Of a stretch of DNA of 64,000 nucleotides, positions 18,926 through 28,980 are shown in pieces (the stretch's first letter is position 1; every line of letters starts with the position of its first letter). The notes beneath the pieces are model-generated. The model did no database searches and was not told the origin of the DNA. It saw only the letters and a list, made by a program, of their open reading frames with translations. The stretch covers positions 27,890 to 91,889 of the forward strand of contig JAOQAO010000194.1 in assembly GCA_025963485.1 (NCBI GenBank), in the 5' to 3' direction. Source of the stretch: Bacteroidota bacterium (lineage in GTDB: Bacteria; Bacteroidota; Bacteroidia; Chitinophagales; LD1). The translations under genes were made by a program, and so were the position numbers.

Positions 18926-21900
18926 CTATCTCACCACCACAAACCTCACCTGATGCGAGCTTTGTATGCCTTTAACCGTCAGTGTATAGACTCCTGCAGC
19001 TGCCTCGCTCATATCTATCGCTTGTGAGTCTGAGGTGATGGCTTTATCCTCTATCATATTGCCCAGCATATCAGTGATGATGTATTCACTATTCCTGTTG
19101 TCTGATGTTTGCAAAGTAAATACACCGCTGTTTGGATTTGGATAGAGATGGATATATTTATCCATAGGACTCTCTATGACACCAGGGCACACGGTAAATA
19201 GAAATGTTTTGTTGATCGAAGCGGTACATCCATGCCTATCAGTATAGCTATAGCTGATTACGTATATTGTATCCCTGTATGGCGATATGTCCAATGAATC
19301 CTGTGATATAGGTCCACCGGCGAATATGCCCCCAGCAGGGGCAGCATTTGTCAAAAGCCAAAATGAAGGAGGGCCAACATCGCTGACGCAATAGAATGTG
19401 TCGGATTGTGTCCAGCTAACTACCGGTGCGGGCCGTACCGCCAGCGCCAATACGATCAGGCTATCGCAGCCGTGGACATTGAGCAGCGTATCCGTATAGG
19501 TGCCTGCTGCTGTGAGCGACCTTCCATAAAATAAGTAAGATGTTCCGCTGCATATCGTATCAGCGAGTCTCGTCGTATCAGATGCGCGTACCTCCAGCAT
19601 CAGCATGATCACACTATCGCAGCCATGCATGTTTTGCAGTGTATCCATATACATACCCGACGCCGTCAGTGATTGCCCGTAGAAAGCATAGGATGCGCCG
19701 CTGCATATCGTATCCTCCAGCATCGTCATATCAGATGGCCGTACCGCGAGTATGATGCTGACGATGCTATCGCATCCATATACGCTCTGAAGTGTCGCGC
19801 TATACGGACCTGCCACCATCAGCGACTGTCCGTGGAATGCATACACATCACCATCGCAGATCGTATCATGCGTAGAAGGTGCTATATACTTCGGATGTAC
19901 GGCAAGCGTGAGGCTGATGATACTGTCACAGCCACCGGCGCGTGGCATGGTATCATTGTAGATACCCTGTGCTGTGAGCTGCTGCCCGTAGAATGTAAAG
20001 GTATCTCCGGCACAGATAGATTGACTGAGTGAAATCGTCGTGTCGCTACATGTGACGAGAGTTACATTAGTCGTAGCCGTATTGGTCACTACCGCAGGGT
20101 TATTGTCAAAGTAGATAAAGGCGGTGTTATTGATCAGAGTGCCATCGGTGAGATTTGGATTTGCCTTCACCCTGTACTGTATCCATCCTTCACTGAGGGC
20201 GGGATTAGTCGCACTGTCTACGAGGTTGATATGCGGGAAGGTAAACGTCATTACATTATGGTCGAGTTGCACCACCGCATGATGGCTCGATGCGAGGTAC
20301 TGGAAGGACGCTGCATCGACATACTGGCTGAGTGTGTCTTTCAGTACCACGAGATAGGCGGTGTCGCTGCCCGTATTCTGGAAGTGGATGGTGTAGGTGA
20401 GCCAGTCGGCGTTTGCAGGTAGAAGCCTCGATGGGTATACTTCTTTATAGTTAGGGTCCCATGAGTGTACTATAGTATAGCACTCCGTACGCGAGTCATT
20501 GGCAGGCTGTGCGTCAGCAGGAGCTACTGCGACAGTAGTAGTGATGCACAGTTGCGATCCTACTACCGCACCGGTATCTACTGTAAATATGAAGTCCAGG
20601 CTGCCCTCGTGTATAGAGTCGAGGTCGGTGACAATATAGGTCAGTGTGTGCCCGGATACAGACGTGGGAGTGAGTGCACCGGCGGCGGGCCCGCTGTACT
20701 GACCGGCATTGGTCCAGGTGGTCGTGATGATGCCTGATGTACCTGCGCCGCAGTCGGTACTGTATTGCAACAGGGAGATATTTCCCGCATTGATATGTAC
20801 GTATGAGGAGAAGGTGGGACGGAGATGCGCGGATGCTATATCTATCACGCCAAAGTCTACCGATGAGCAGCGCATACCAAAGTTCTCATACATATGGACA
20901 GAGTCAATAGCGGTGAGCGATACCGTGCGTGCACCTGATCCGGGGCATATCACAGACAACGGAAGCGAGGTAGTATCTATACTGACAGTATATGTGCTCA
21001 GCGATGGTGTTTTGAATGAATAGCCACCCGAAGTAAATGTATAGAACTGCTGTACTACTGACCCGCCTTGTTTGAGCTGTACTTTCATCCCTGTGACGGG
21101 TACACCAGGATTGAGGCTATCATTAAGGCAGTTGGGAGAGTTGTCGTAGTGGATATTACCCGAAATATTATAGTAAAACTCGCAGCCACTCGTAGCATCG
21201 CAGAGAGGATAGTTGGCCAGTATAGTGTCGCACACATGGCTGCTGAAGCGATTGGGCAGGCAGGAGATATTTGTGCCTTTGATATTAAGAAGATTGAGCT
21301 GATTTCGCGTGATACGTGGCAGGCAGGACAGGGAGGGATTATTGCTACAGGTGAGCGATATGATAGACGCAGGCAGTGAGGGCAATACGCTTATCTGATT
21401 GTCATTGCAATACAGTTCCCTCAGGAATGGGTTCGCCGACGACAGTGTAGTGATCATGTTGTGGCTGCAGTCTAGTATGTAGGCATAGGGCGTTGTCAAT
21501 GTGGTGAGGCGGTTATAGCTGCAGTTGAGGCTCGTGGCAGAGACGCCGGCCAGTGAGGTGATCATATTGTGGCTGCAGTCCAGCTGTTGCAGTGTGCCGG
21601 GCAGAGATGGCAGTGACGTGAGCTGGGCATTATTGCATATGAGATATATGAGGTTATATAGCCCGACGAGCGCAGGCAGGCTAGTGATAGGATTATGATC
21701 GCAGGACAGGTATTGCATGCCGGGGGGGACCGTAGGCAGTGTTGTGAGGTTGTTATAGCCGCATGAGAGGGAATAGAGGGGATCTGGCAGTGCCGAAAGC
21801 GTGCTGAGCCCGTTGTATCCGCACTCCAGGACTTGCAGCGAGTCAGGCAGTGTGCCGGGGAGTGAGCCCAGTGGGTTAAAGCTGCAGTAAAGCTCTGCTA

Positions 21901-22534
21901 GCTCATTGGGCATGGCGGGCAGGCTGGTGAGCTGGTTGCTGTTGCAGTTTAGTACCCGGATACTGGCCGGTAGTACTGGCACAGCAGTGAGAGAGTCATA
22001 AGAGCAGTTGAGTATGGTCAGTGTGGAGGGTAGGGACGGCAGGCTGTGAAGCGCTGGATTGTCCTGGCAGTATAGCTCTCTGAGGTCTGTCGGGAATGGT
22101 AGCATGCTGTGCAGGTTATTAAGGTTACAGCGAATGACCTGCAGGTATACGGGCCAAAATGAGGTATTGAAGGAGCTGATCTGATTAAATTCACAATTGA
22201 AAGAATCAAGGTAGTAGGGTAGATAAGGTATTGTGGTCAGGTAATTTTGGGAACAGTTGACATATTTCACATTGATAAAAGCCCCTATACCCTCCAGGTC
22301 ATGTATATTGGAATAATGGCAGTCGATCATGGTTGCATTCCGTACAGAAGGGTCCGAACCGTTCAGTTGCCAGCCACTGACGCTGTTGCCCGTGAGGGCT
22401 GGGGCATAGCCATTATTGTATAGCCAGTTGCCAAAGTTGGTATCGGGTATCGCTACATATTGCGCCCGCGCAGTACTCATAGCGATACACAAAGTACAGA
22501 TGAGCAGAATCCTGAATAGAGTGTAGTTTTTCAT
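18926..22534 (-). CDS. Secreted leucine-rich-repeat protein with a T9SS C-terminal sorting domain (paralog 2 of 3)
   Basis: 1202 aa with the same architecture as 15788..18826, but with four Cys-repeat modules and an extra segment before the CTD. Confidence 0.85.
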   Translation of the reverse strand: MKNYTLFRILLICTLCIAMSTARAQYVAIPDTNFGNWLYNNGYAPALTGNSVSGWQLNGSDPSVRNATMIDCHYSNIHDLEGIGAFINVKYVNCSQNYLTTIPYLPYYLDSFNCEFNQISSFNTSFWPVYLQVIRCNLNNLHSMLPFPTDLRELYCQDNPALHSLPSLPSTLTILNCSYDSLTAVPVLPASIRVLNCNSNQLTSLPAMPNELAELYCSFNPLGSLPGTLPDSLQVLECGYNGLSTLSALPDPLYSLSCGYNNLTTLPTVPPGMQYLSCDHNPITSLPALVGLYNLIYLICNNAQLTSLPSLPGTLQQLDCSHNMITSLAGVSATSLNCSYNRLTTLTTPYAYILDCSHNMITTLSSANPFLRELYCNDNQISVLPSLPASIISLTCSNNPSLSCLPRITRNQLNLLNIKGTNISCLPNRFSSHVCDTILANYPLCDATSGCEFYYNISGNIHYDNSPNCLNDSLNPGVPVTGMKVQLKQGGSVVQQFYTFTSGGYSFKTPSLSTYTVSIDTTSLPLSVICPGSGARTVSLTAIDSVHMYENFGMRCSSVDFGVIDIASAHLRPTFSSYVHINAGNISLLQYSTDCGAGTSGIITTTWTNAGQYSGPAAGALTPTSVSGHTLTYIVTDLDSIHEGSLDFIFTVDTGAVVGSQLCITTTVAVAPADAQPANDSRTECYTIVHSWDPNYKEVYPSRLLPANADWLTYTIHFQNTGSDTAYLVVLKDTLSQYVDAASFQYLASSHHAVVQLDHNVMTFTFPHINLVDSATNPALSEGWIQYRVKANPNLTDGTLINNTAFIYFDNNPAVVTNTATTNVTLVTCSDTTISLSQSICAGDTFTFYGQQLTAQGIYNDTMPRAGGCDSIISLTLAVHPKYIAPSTHDTICDGDVYAFHGQSLMVAGPYSATLQSVYGCDSIVSIILAVRPSDMTMLEDTICSGASYAFYGQSLTASGMYMDTLQNMHGCDSVIMLMLEVRASDTTRLADTICSGTSYLFYGRSLTAAGTYTDTLLNVHGCDSLIVLALAVRPAPVVSWTQSDTFYCVSDVGPPSFWLLTNAAPAGGIFAGGPISQDSLDISPYRDTIYVISYSYTDRHGCTASINKTFLFTVCPGVIESPMDKYIHLYPNPNSGVFTLQTSDNRNSEYIITDMLGNMIEDKAITSDSQAIDMSEAAAGVYTLTVKGIQSSHQVRFVVVR

Positions 22535-22785
22535 AATAACATATTTGTGTTTGAGTTCAAGTTGATATGTAAATGTCTTTTATAATATCGTAACAAGAAA
22601 ATATTTATTTAGTCAAAAATATGAAAGCTGACGTTCAAGCAGAATCACTTCGTCGTTGAACTCCACATTAGTATGCATTCATCTGTTACCATCATGCCGA
22701 CCCTTAGATACTTCATCGTGACACCAGGTTGAGTATCTTAAAAGGATTAAAAGGCCTTTCCGGTACTTTGAAAATCAGCGGATCA

Positions 22786-22818
22786 GGGATACAGGATCCG
22801 TGGATCTCCTGTATTCCC
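22786..22818 (-). terminator. Hairpin downstream of LRR paralog 3 (weak terminator candidate)
   Basis: GGGATACAGGA ... TCCTGTATTCCC is an imperfect inverted repeat about 26 bp beyond the stop codon. There is no strong T tract. Confidence 0.3.
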
Positions 22819-22843
22819 GACCGACCGACCGTTTTCAGTTTTT

Positions 22844-25800
22844 TTATCGCACTACTACAAACTTCACCTGCCGCGAACTTTGTGTTCCTTTCACTGTCAG
22901 TGTATAAACGCCAGCCGCTGCTTCATGCATGTCGATAGCTTGTGTATCCGATGTGATAGCTTTCTCCTCGATCATATTTCCGAGCATATCAGTGATGATG
23001 TAGCTACTGTTGTGGCTATTTGATATTTGCAGCGCGAAGGTGCCTGTGTTCGGATTTGGATACAGGTGGATGTCGTTCAGGTTGGCCACATCATTGATAC
23101 CTTCGCAGACTGTTACAACCAAAATGGCACTCGTTACATTACTGCATCCATGCACATCCGTATATGTATAGTAGATCGTATCAAGGGCGGGAAATCCTGA
23201 CAAATGTTGCATAGCGAAGTGGCCATTTAAAGTATCATTCTGAACACCCAGCCCTGAGAAAGTCCCACCAGATGGCGATCCCCCGGTCAGCGGTATCATA
23301 TAGCGGGGGAAAGCTAATTCGCACCAGATAGCATTGCTATCAACGAAAGAACGATAATCCAGATAGTGAGTTGCTACCAGCGAATCCCATGAGAAGTTCA
23401 CCACCGGCAAAGACCTCACTTGGAGATCTAGTACGATCAAACTATCGCAGCCATGCACATTGTGCATTGTATCCACATAGGTACCCGCGGCAGTGAGCGA
23501 TCGTCCGTAGAAGGTGTATGATGCACCACTACAGATCGTATCTGCCATCCTCGTAGTATCTGATGCCCTGACCTCCAGCATTAGCATGATCACACTATCG
23601 CAGCCGTGGACATTGCTCAGCGTATCCAGATACATGCCTGTTGCAGTCAACGACTGACCGTAGAATGCATAAGACGATCCACTGCATATAGTGTCTTCTA
23701 TCATCGTCATGTCCGATGGCCTTACGGCCAGCACTATACTGACCATACTGTCGCATCCATGTATGGTTTGCAGCGTAGCGTTATAAGTACCCGCAGATGT
23801 CAACGACTGACCGTGATAGGAGAGTGTGCCTCCATCACAGATCGTGTCGTACGTGGCCGGAGCTATATATTTGGGGTGTACCACGAGTGTCAGGCTGATG
23901 ATGCTATCGCATCCACCCGCACGAGGAAAGGTATCATTGTAGGTACCCTGTGCAGTCAGCGCCTGCCCGTAGAACATGAATGTATCTCCTGAGCAGATGG
24001 ACTGGCTGAGCGTACTAGTGGTGTCGCTGCAGGTGAGCAGAGTTACATTGGTCGTAGCGGTATTGGTCACGACGGCAGGGTTATTATCAAAATATATGTA
24101 CGCAGTATTATTTATCGCAGTGCCATCAGTGAGGTTGCCATTTGCCTTTACACGATATTGTATCCATCCTTCACTGAGTGGTGGGTTCGTGGCACTATCC
24201 ACGAGATTGATATGCGGGAATGTAAAAGTCATCGCATTATGGTCCAGCTGTATCACCGCATGATGGCTTGATGCCAGATATTGGAAAGAAGATGCATCAA
24301 GGTTTGAGCTAAGCGTATCACGCAGTATGACGAGATAAGCAGTGTCGTTTCCTGTATTCTGGAAATGAATGGTATAGGTCAGCCAGTCCGCAGCGCCCGG
24401 CTGTATGCGTTCCGGATACGCTTCTTTGTAGTTAGGATCCAGTGAGTTCGTGATCGTGAAACATTGTGTCAGCGTATTATTGCCCGGCACCGGATCTGAT
24501 CCCGATGATGTGACCGTGGTGGTGATGCAAGTCGTAGATCCCAGCACTGCCGATGCGTCCACGGAGAACAAAATGTCCAGGCTGTGGCTCCCGAGTGTAT
24601 TGAGGTCGGCAATATTATATGTCAGTGTATTGCCTGATACAGATGTAGGTGTGAGTGAACCCGGTGCAGGTCCGGTGTAGTGCACGCCGGAGTTGGTGTA
24701 GGTAGTGGTCACAGTGCCCGAGCTGCCGCTGCCGCAGGTGGCATGGTAGTTGAGCAGTGCGACATTGCCGGCCTCTATATGAGCAGTGAGCTGCTGTAGC
24801 GAAGCCCTGAAGGTCGGCGCTTCGATGTGCGCTACCGCAAAATCCGTCACCGAGCACTGCATCCCAAAGCTTTCATTTCTTTTGATCGAGTCGATAGCAG
24901 AAATGGTCACCGTACGCAGGTCAGACTGAGGGCAGGCCACCGTGATGGGCAAAGAAGTAGTATCGATATTCACTGTATAGGTGCCATAGGCTGGGGTCTT
25001 AAATGAATAACCACCGGAGCTAAATGTATAGAACTGCTGTATCACGCTACCGCCTTGTTTGAGCTGCACCTTTACATTGGTGATAGGCGCTCCGGGGTTG
25101 ATGCTGTCAGATGTACAGTTGGCAGATACGTCATTGTGGATGCCGCCTGCTATATTGTAGTAGAAATCACAGCCCGATGCCGGTGTACACAGCGGCATCG
25201 TACCCGGATTGAGATCGAATGTCGTCGCGGAGAAACGGCTTGGCAAACAAGTAAGGGCGGTTGACCCGAATTTGAACTCAGTGAATTGCGTCTGTGTGAT
25301 ACGCGGCAGGCAGCTGAGGTGACGGTTCAGGTATAGTGTGAAAGTGGTCAGGTAAGAAGGGATATTGACAAAAGACCTGATATCATTGTCATCACACTTC
25401 AGTAAGTACATAGTGTTTGGCAATAGCGGCATGGAGGTTATTAGATTTCCGCTGCAGATCAGACTACCCATCGCACGCGGCATCGCCGGCAGAGAGGTCA
25501 GTTGATTATAACTGCAGTTGATTGAGCTTATTGTATCGGGCAATGCCGGCAGTGTCGATAGAAGATTGGAGTGGCAGTCAAGGCGGTACATAGTGCGTGG
25601 CAGTGCAGGCATGACCGTTATTGAGTTTTGATTGCAGTCCAGGTCTTGCAGCGTAGCTGGCAGGGCCGGCAGGCTTGTCAGCTGGTTTTGGTTGCATCCC
25701 AATGTGCTCAGGTTGGGGGGTAGTGTAGGGAGTACAGTCAGAAGATTCAAATTGACTTCCATGTTTGTGATAGATGACGGGAGCGCAGGGAGGCTGGTCA

Positions 25801-26464
25801 GGCCGCAAGCCTGCATCCAGAAATCGGTGAGCCCTGCCGGCAGCACGGGTAATGTTGTGATCGGGTTGTAGTCACAATAGAGCCTGCGCAGGCTCGCCGG
25901 CAATGTGGTCAATTGGCTTATCTGGTTACCGCTGCAGGTCAGGATCTGTAGTGTACTGGGCAGTCCCGGCAGGTACGTTGTGTGATTATTACTACAGGTG
26001 TAGTCTACCAGACTGGTTGGCAGGTTTATTATATTATCATACAGGTCATTGTCATTTACATACAGGTACATTAGGTTATTGGGTAGTGAGAAGGGCAGTG
26101 ACTGCACATGTGAGTTGCTGCAGTCCAGGGTCAGCAGGTACATCGGCAGGTCATTTATATAGGGTATGTTATTGTACCGGCAGCTGATATGAGCTGTGTT
26201 GGTCAGGTACTCTATCCCTGTCAGGTCAGTGATGCCCAGATTGTCCATATTGAGGTCAGGTACATATTGCTGGCCGGCGCAGGTGGGATCTATTTGCCAT
26301 CCGCTGCCGCTGCTGCCGGTCATGCAGCTGGCATAGCCGTTATTATAGAGATAGGTGCCGAAGTTCGCATCGGGTATCGGCATATACTGCGCACGGGCTA
26401 CAGAGAGCGTACAGCAGAAACAACAAAAAAGAAGAATGCGACGAAGGGTAAGTAGTGTTTTCAT
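22844..26464 (-). CDS. Secreted leucine-rich-repeat protein with a T9SS C-terminal sorting domain (paralog 3 of 3)
   Basis: The ORF is open to 26662, but Met67 (ATG at 26464) begins a signal peptide, MKTLLTLRRILLFCCFCCTLSVARAQ, that aligns with the two paralogs. That gives 1206 aa from this start. Confidence 0.85.
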   Translation of the reverse strand: MKTLLTLRRILLFCCFCCTLSVARAQYMPIPDANFGTYLYNNGYASCMTGSSGSGWQIDPTCAGQQYVPDLNMDNLGITDLTGIEYLTNTAHISCRYNNIPYINDLPMYLLTLDCSNSHVQSLPFSLPNNLMYLYVNDNDLYDNIINLPTSLVDYTCSNNHTTYLPGLPSTLQILTCSGNQISQLTTLPASLRRLYCDYNPITTLPVLPAGLTDFWMQACGLTSLPALPSSITNMEVNLNLLTVLPTLPPNLSTLGCNQNQLTSLPALPATLQDLDCNQNSITVMPALPRTMYRLDCHSNLLSTLPALPDTISSINCSYNQLTSLPAMPRAMGSLICSGNLITSMPLLPNTMYLLKCDDNDIRSFVNIPSYLTTFTLYLNRHLSCLPRITQTQFTEFKFGSTALTCLPSRFSATTFDLNPGTMPLCTPASGCDFYYNIAGGIHNDVSANCTSDSINPGAPITNVKVQLKQGGSVIQQFYTFSSGGYSFKTPAYGTYTVNIDTTSLPITVACPQSDLRTVTISAIDSIKRNESFGMQCSVTDFAVAHIEAPTFRASLQQLTAHIEAGNVALLNYHATCGSGSSGTVTTTYTNSGVHYTGPAPGSLTPTSVSGNTLTYNIADLNTLGSHSLDILFSVDASAVLGSTTCITTTVTSSGSDPVPGNNTLTQCFTITNSLDPNYKEAYPERIQPGAADWLTYTIHFQNTGNDTAYLVILRDTLSSNLDASSFQYLASSHHAVIQLDHNAMTFTFPHINLVDSATNPPLSEGWIQYRVKANGNLTDGTAINNTAYIYFDNNPAVVTNTATTNVTLLTCSDTTSTLSQSICSGDTFMFYGQALTAQGTYNDTFPRAGGCDSIISLTLVVHPKYIAPATYDTICDGGTLSYHGQSLTSAGTYNATLQTIHGCDSMVSIVLAVRPSDMTMIEDTICSGSSYAFYGQSLTATGMYLDTLSNVHGCDSVIMLMLEVRASDTTRMADTICSGASYTFYGRSLTAAGTYVDTMHNVHGCDSLIVLDLQVRSLPVVNFSWDSLVATHYLDYRSFVDSNAIWCELAFPRYMIPLTGGSPSGGTFSGLGVQNDTLNGHFAMQHLSGFPALDTIYYTYTDVHGCSNVTSAILVVTVCEGINDVANLNDIHLYPNPNTGTFALQISNSHNSSYIITDMLGNMIEEKAITSDTQAIDMHEAAAGVYTLTVKGTQSSRQVKFVVVR

Positions 26465-26855
26465 ATTTCGTGGGGTTATTGTCTTAAATGTATAAATAAT
26501 TTTTAACAAAAAATATGTGATCCGGCTGTAAGCTATGTACAAACTCATCAAATGGCAATACAAAACGAATAAGTGATAGGGAATAGGCAATAAGTGATGG
26601 CTCGTGAGGAATAACTGCACAAATGGCCCTGATTTTTGCCCGATTCGTATCACAGAGGGCAAAAATCAAGGTGCTTTTTTGTAGCCCCGACTATGCAATA
26701 TGCTGAGTTGACGTCATCTATCAAACATCGGGCCCTTTTTTCAGCTTTAGCCTGTGAGCTACCCTGCCGGATCTTATACGAAGCTGCACTCCGGCGGAGA
26801 TAAGGCCGTCAGCAGGAGCAAAAAGTACTCTCTGGGTACGAGCCGTTTCCGGTTT

Positions 26856-27227
26856 TTATTTGGCGGAGCCTATCGGGAAAATCCGTAAAAAGTAGTAGCA
26901 GTGGTCAGCGGAATGGTATTCACCGTATCGGTATTGCTGATATTGAGTGTGTGGGTGCTCAGCGTATTGATAGTGTAGTACATCCCGGTAGTAGATCCCG
27001 AGTCTATTATGCTCAGCAAATGTAAGTGTAGAATATCCGACCGGGATACCTGCTGTAGTATCCAGCGTCGTATTGCCATTGACCTGATTGAGGTTCCGGC
27101 GGCTGGTCCAGTTCCAGGTGCCAGTGATAGATGAATTGTTGCTAGTCGAGGCATTATTGCCACATCCGCCCAGATAGATAATACAGGTGAGGAGCAGGAG
27201 CGCAGGCAGTAGATATTTACCTTTCAT
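26856..27227 (-). pseudogene. Small lipoprotein (lipocalin-like pattern), apparently frameshifted near 27000-27020
   Basis: A lipobox (YLGGCGNN) and GTWNWTS...STLTFAE lie in one frame. A plausible continuation, DSGSTTGMYYTINTLSTHTLNISNTDTVNTIPLTTATTFYGF, lies in the overlapping frame (ORF 26870..27163). The in-frame tail is Y/H/Q-rich nonsense-like sequence. Confidence 0.45.
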
Positions 27228-27417
27228 GATCGAGTTATTTTTGATGTAAAACTATCCTCAAGGATAATGAAAAATGAAGGAAGGGAAAAGTCTGTCGCTG
27301 CTGTTTTTGGGATAGTGGCTGATCTTTAGGAGATTTGATTATTGATCTGTCTGATCCGTGTCATCTGTGTGCTTTCATTAGGCCGTTTTCCGTATCATTG
27401 CTGTAAACCAATCGCTC

Positions 27418-28113
27418 ATGAAAAAGCTTTTGCACACGGTGATCACAATGCTATGCCTTGGCCATCTCATGGCCCAGGATAGTACCCTGGATATCCATGT
27501 GCGCAAGCCGGAGACCAAAACTGAGCCGGAGGAGTCGATGCCGCAATACAAAGGAGGGGAGCCCGCGCTTTTCAGGTTTATAGAGGCCAACTTCGTCCGT
27601 CCGCGCGATGCGCAGGATATACAGATACAGGGCAGGATAGTGGTGGGTATGCAGATCACAGCGGCAGGTGTGGTAGACAGCGTATATATACTGGAGAAAC
27701 TCTGGCCCACTATAGATGCAGCCTGCATACGCGCCATATGGCGGACGCAGGGCAACTGGCTCCCCGGCAAGACTGGCAGCAAGACCGCAAAATTCAAATA
27801 CAAAATACCCGTCAAAACTCTCATCGCCGGCGGGGACAGCGGCATAGCTCTCAATAACCTCAATAGCCGGGACGGTGAAGAGAGCACGGCATATTATGAC
27901 TGTGAAGCGGGCAGGTATGCAGCAGCGCTTCCTCGTTTGCGCGAAGTATGTGCGAAAGACCCCGTCAATAATTTCGCCGCGCACAATCTTGGGCTTTGCC
28001 TCTTCCGCACTGGCGATCTCGCAGGGGCCTGCACTATATGGCGGCGGCTACGCAGCCAGGATTGGCATACAGCTGACTATCTGCTGTTGCGATTTTGCGA
28101 CGGCGTGAAGTAG
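27418..28113 (+). CDS. Secreted TonB-C-terminal-like domain protein with a TPR-like tail (paralog A)
   Basis: 231 aa with a signal peptide. MPQYKGGEPALFRFIEANFVRPRDAQDIQIQGRIVV is the TonB_C pattern. The C-terminus reads NNFAAHNLGLCLFRTGD...DWHTADYLL. Confidence 0.65.
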   Translation: MKKLLHTVITMLCLGHLMAQDSTLDIHVRKPETKTEPEESMPQYKGGEPALFRFIEANFVRPRDAQDIQIQGRIVVGMQITAAGVVDSVYILEKLWPTIDAACIRAIWRTQGNWLPGKTGSKTAKFKYKIPVKTLIAGGDSGIALNNLNSRDGEESTAYYDCEAGRYAAALPRLREVCAKDPVNNFAAHNLGLCLFRTGDLAGACTIWRRLRSQDWHTADYLLLRFCDGVK

Positions 28114-28149
28114 CGCAAATTATTATTTTAGCGCTCACTAAAACAGCTC

Positions 28150-28854
28150 ATGAAAACGATACTCACTTGCTTTATCATTATGACCGGCATAGCTACCGCT
28201 CATGCACAGGCTCCTCCTGCACCTGATATGTCTAAGTTCGCACCAGTCGTCGACGAACATGGTGACACGATCTTCAAAATAGTGGACGTGATGCCCGTTT
28301 TCGAGGGAGGTGAGACTGCTCTGATGAAGTTCGTACAGACCCATATCTTTTACCCGGAGGATGCGCGCACTATGAATATACAGGGAAGGCTCATGGTCAG
28401 CTTTGTCACTGACACTGCCGATGGAGTAGAAAATATCACCATGAAGCAGAAAGTATGGCCATCTATGGATGAGGAGGCGATAAGGGTAGTGCGACTCACA
28501 CAGGGCAAATGGACACCGGGCGTGCGAGGAGGGAGAAAAGTGCGGGTATTTTTTATGCTGCCCATTGTGATGAAAACGGGTGAAGGGGATTTCTCTCCGA
28601 TTCTCAACCCTGCTATGAGTGCGGCTGAGAAGAAAGCTATTAAAGCCATTGAAGCTGATAAATTTGAGGTTGCGCTGAAGTTATACCGCGATCTGTGCCA
28701 GCAGGAGCCGGGCAATAACTTCGCCGCGCACAATCTCGGCCTTTGCCTGTACAAGACCGGGGATACAGAAGCTGCACTGGACATTTGGAAAAAACTCCGT
28801 GACAAAGATTGGCATACTGCTGACGACCTCATACGCAAAGCAGGAAAGCGGTAG
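28150..28854 (+). CDS. Secreted TonB-C-terminal-like domain protein with a TPR-like tail (paralog B)
   Basis: 234 aa. MPVFEGGETALMKFVQTHIFYPEDARTMNIQGRLMV, and the same C-terminal NNFAAHNLGLCLYKTGD...DWHTADDLI. Confidence 0.65.
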   Translation: MKTILTCFIIMTGIATAHAQAPPAPDMSKFAPVVDEHGDTIFKIVDVMPVFEGGETALMKFVQTHIFYPEDARTMNIQGRLMVSFVTDTADGVENITMKQKVWPSMDEEAIRVVRLTQGKWTPGVRGGRKVRVFFMLPIVMKTGEGDFSPILNPAMSAAEKKAIKAIEADKFEVALKLYRDLCQQEPGNNFAAHNLGLCLYKTGDTEAALDIWKKLRDKDWHTADDLIRKAGKR

Positions 28855-28980
28855 TCAGATTTAACATCTGTCATAATCATCTCTATCTCTAGACATTCTC
28901 TTGTTTCTGTGTGGTGAAAGGATTCCCTGCTGAGCGAATGGCACAAATTTCGATGCCTCTTTATCACAAAATCGAATGCC

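Noticed and set aside
22816-22831. (CCGA)n microsatellite CCCGACCGACCGACCG
   Set aside because: It has only about three units, is intergenic, and shows no evidence of phase-variable function.
15788-26464. A diversity-generating retroelement or invertible-promoter mechanism acting on the LRR paralogs
   Set aside because: No reverse transcriptase, template-repeat/variable-repeat pair with adenine-specific differences, site-specific recombinase or promoter-flanking inverted repeats are visible in the window. Ordinary divergence plus gene conversion explains what is seen.
26630-26668. Perfect 12-bp inverted repeat TGATTTTTGCCC ... GGGCAAAAATCA in the 390-bp gap upstream of LRR paralog 3
   Set aside because: It is not followed by a proper T tract in the orientation of either neighbouring minus-strand gene. 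It could be an operator or a weak terminator, but I cannot support either call.
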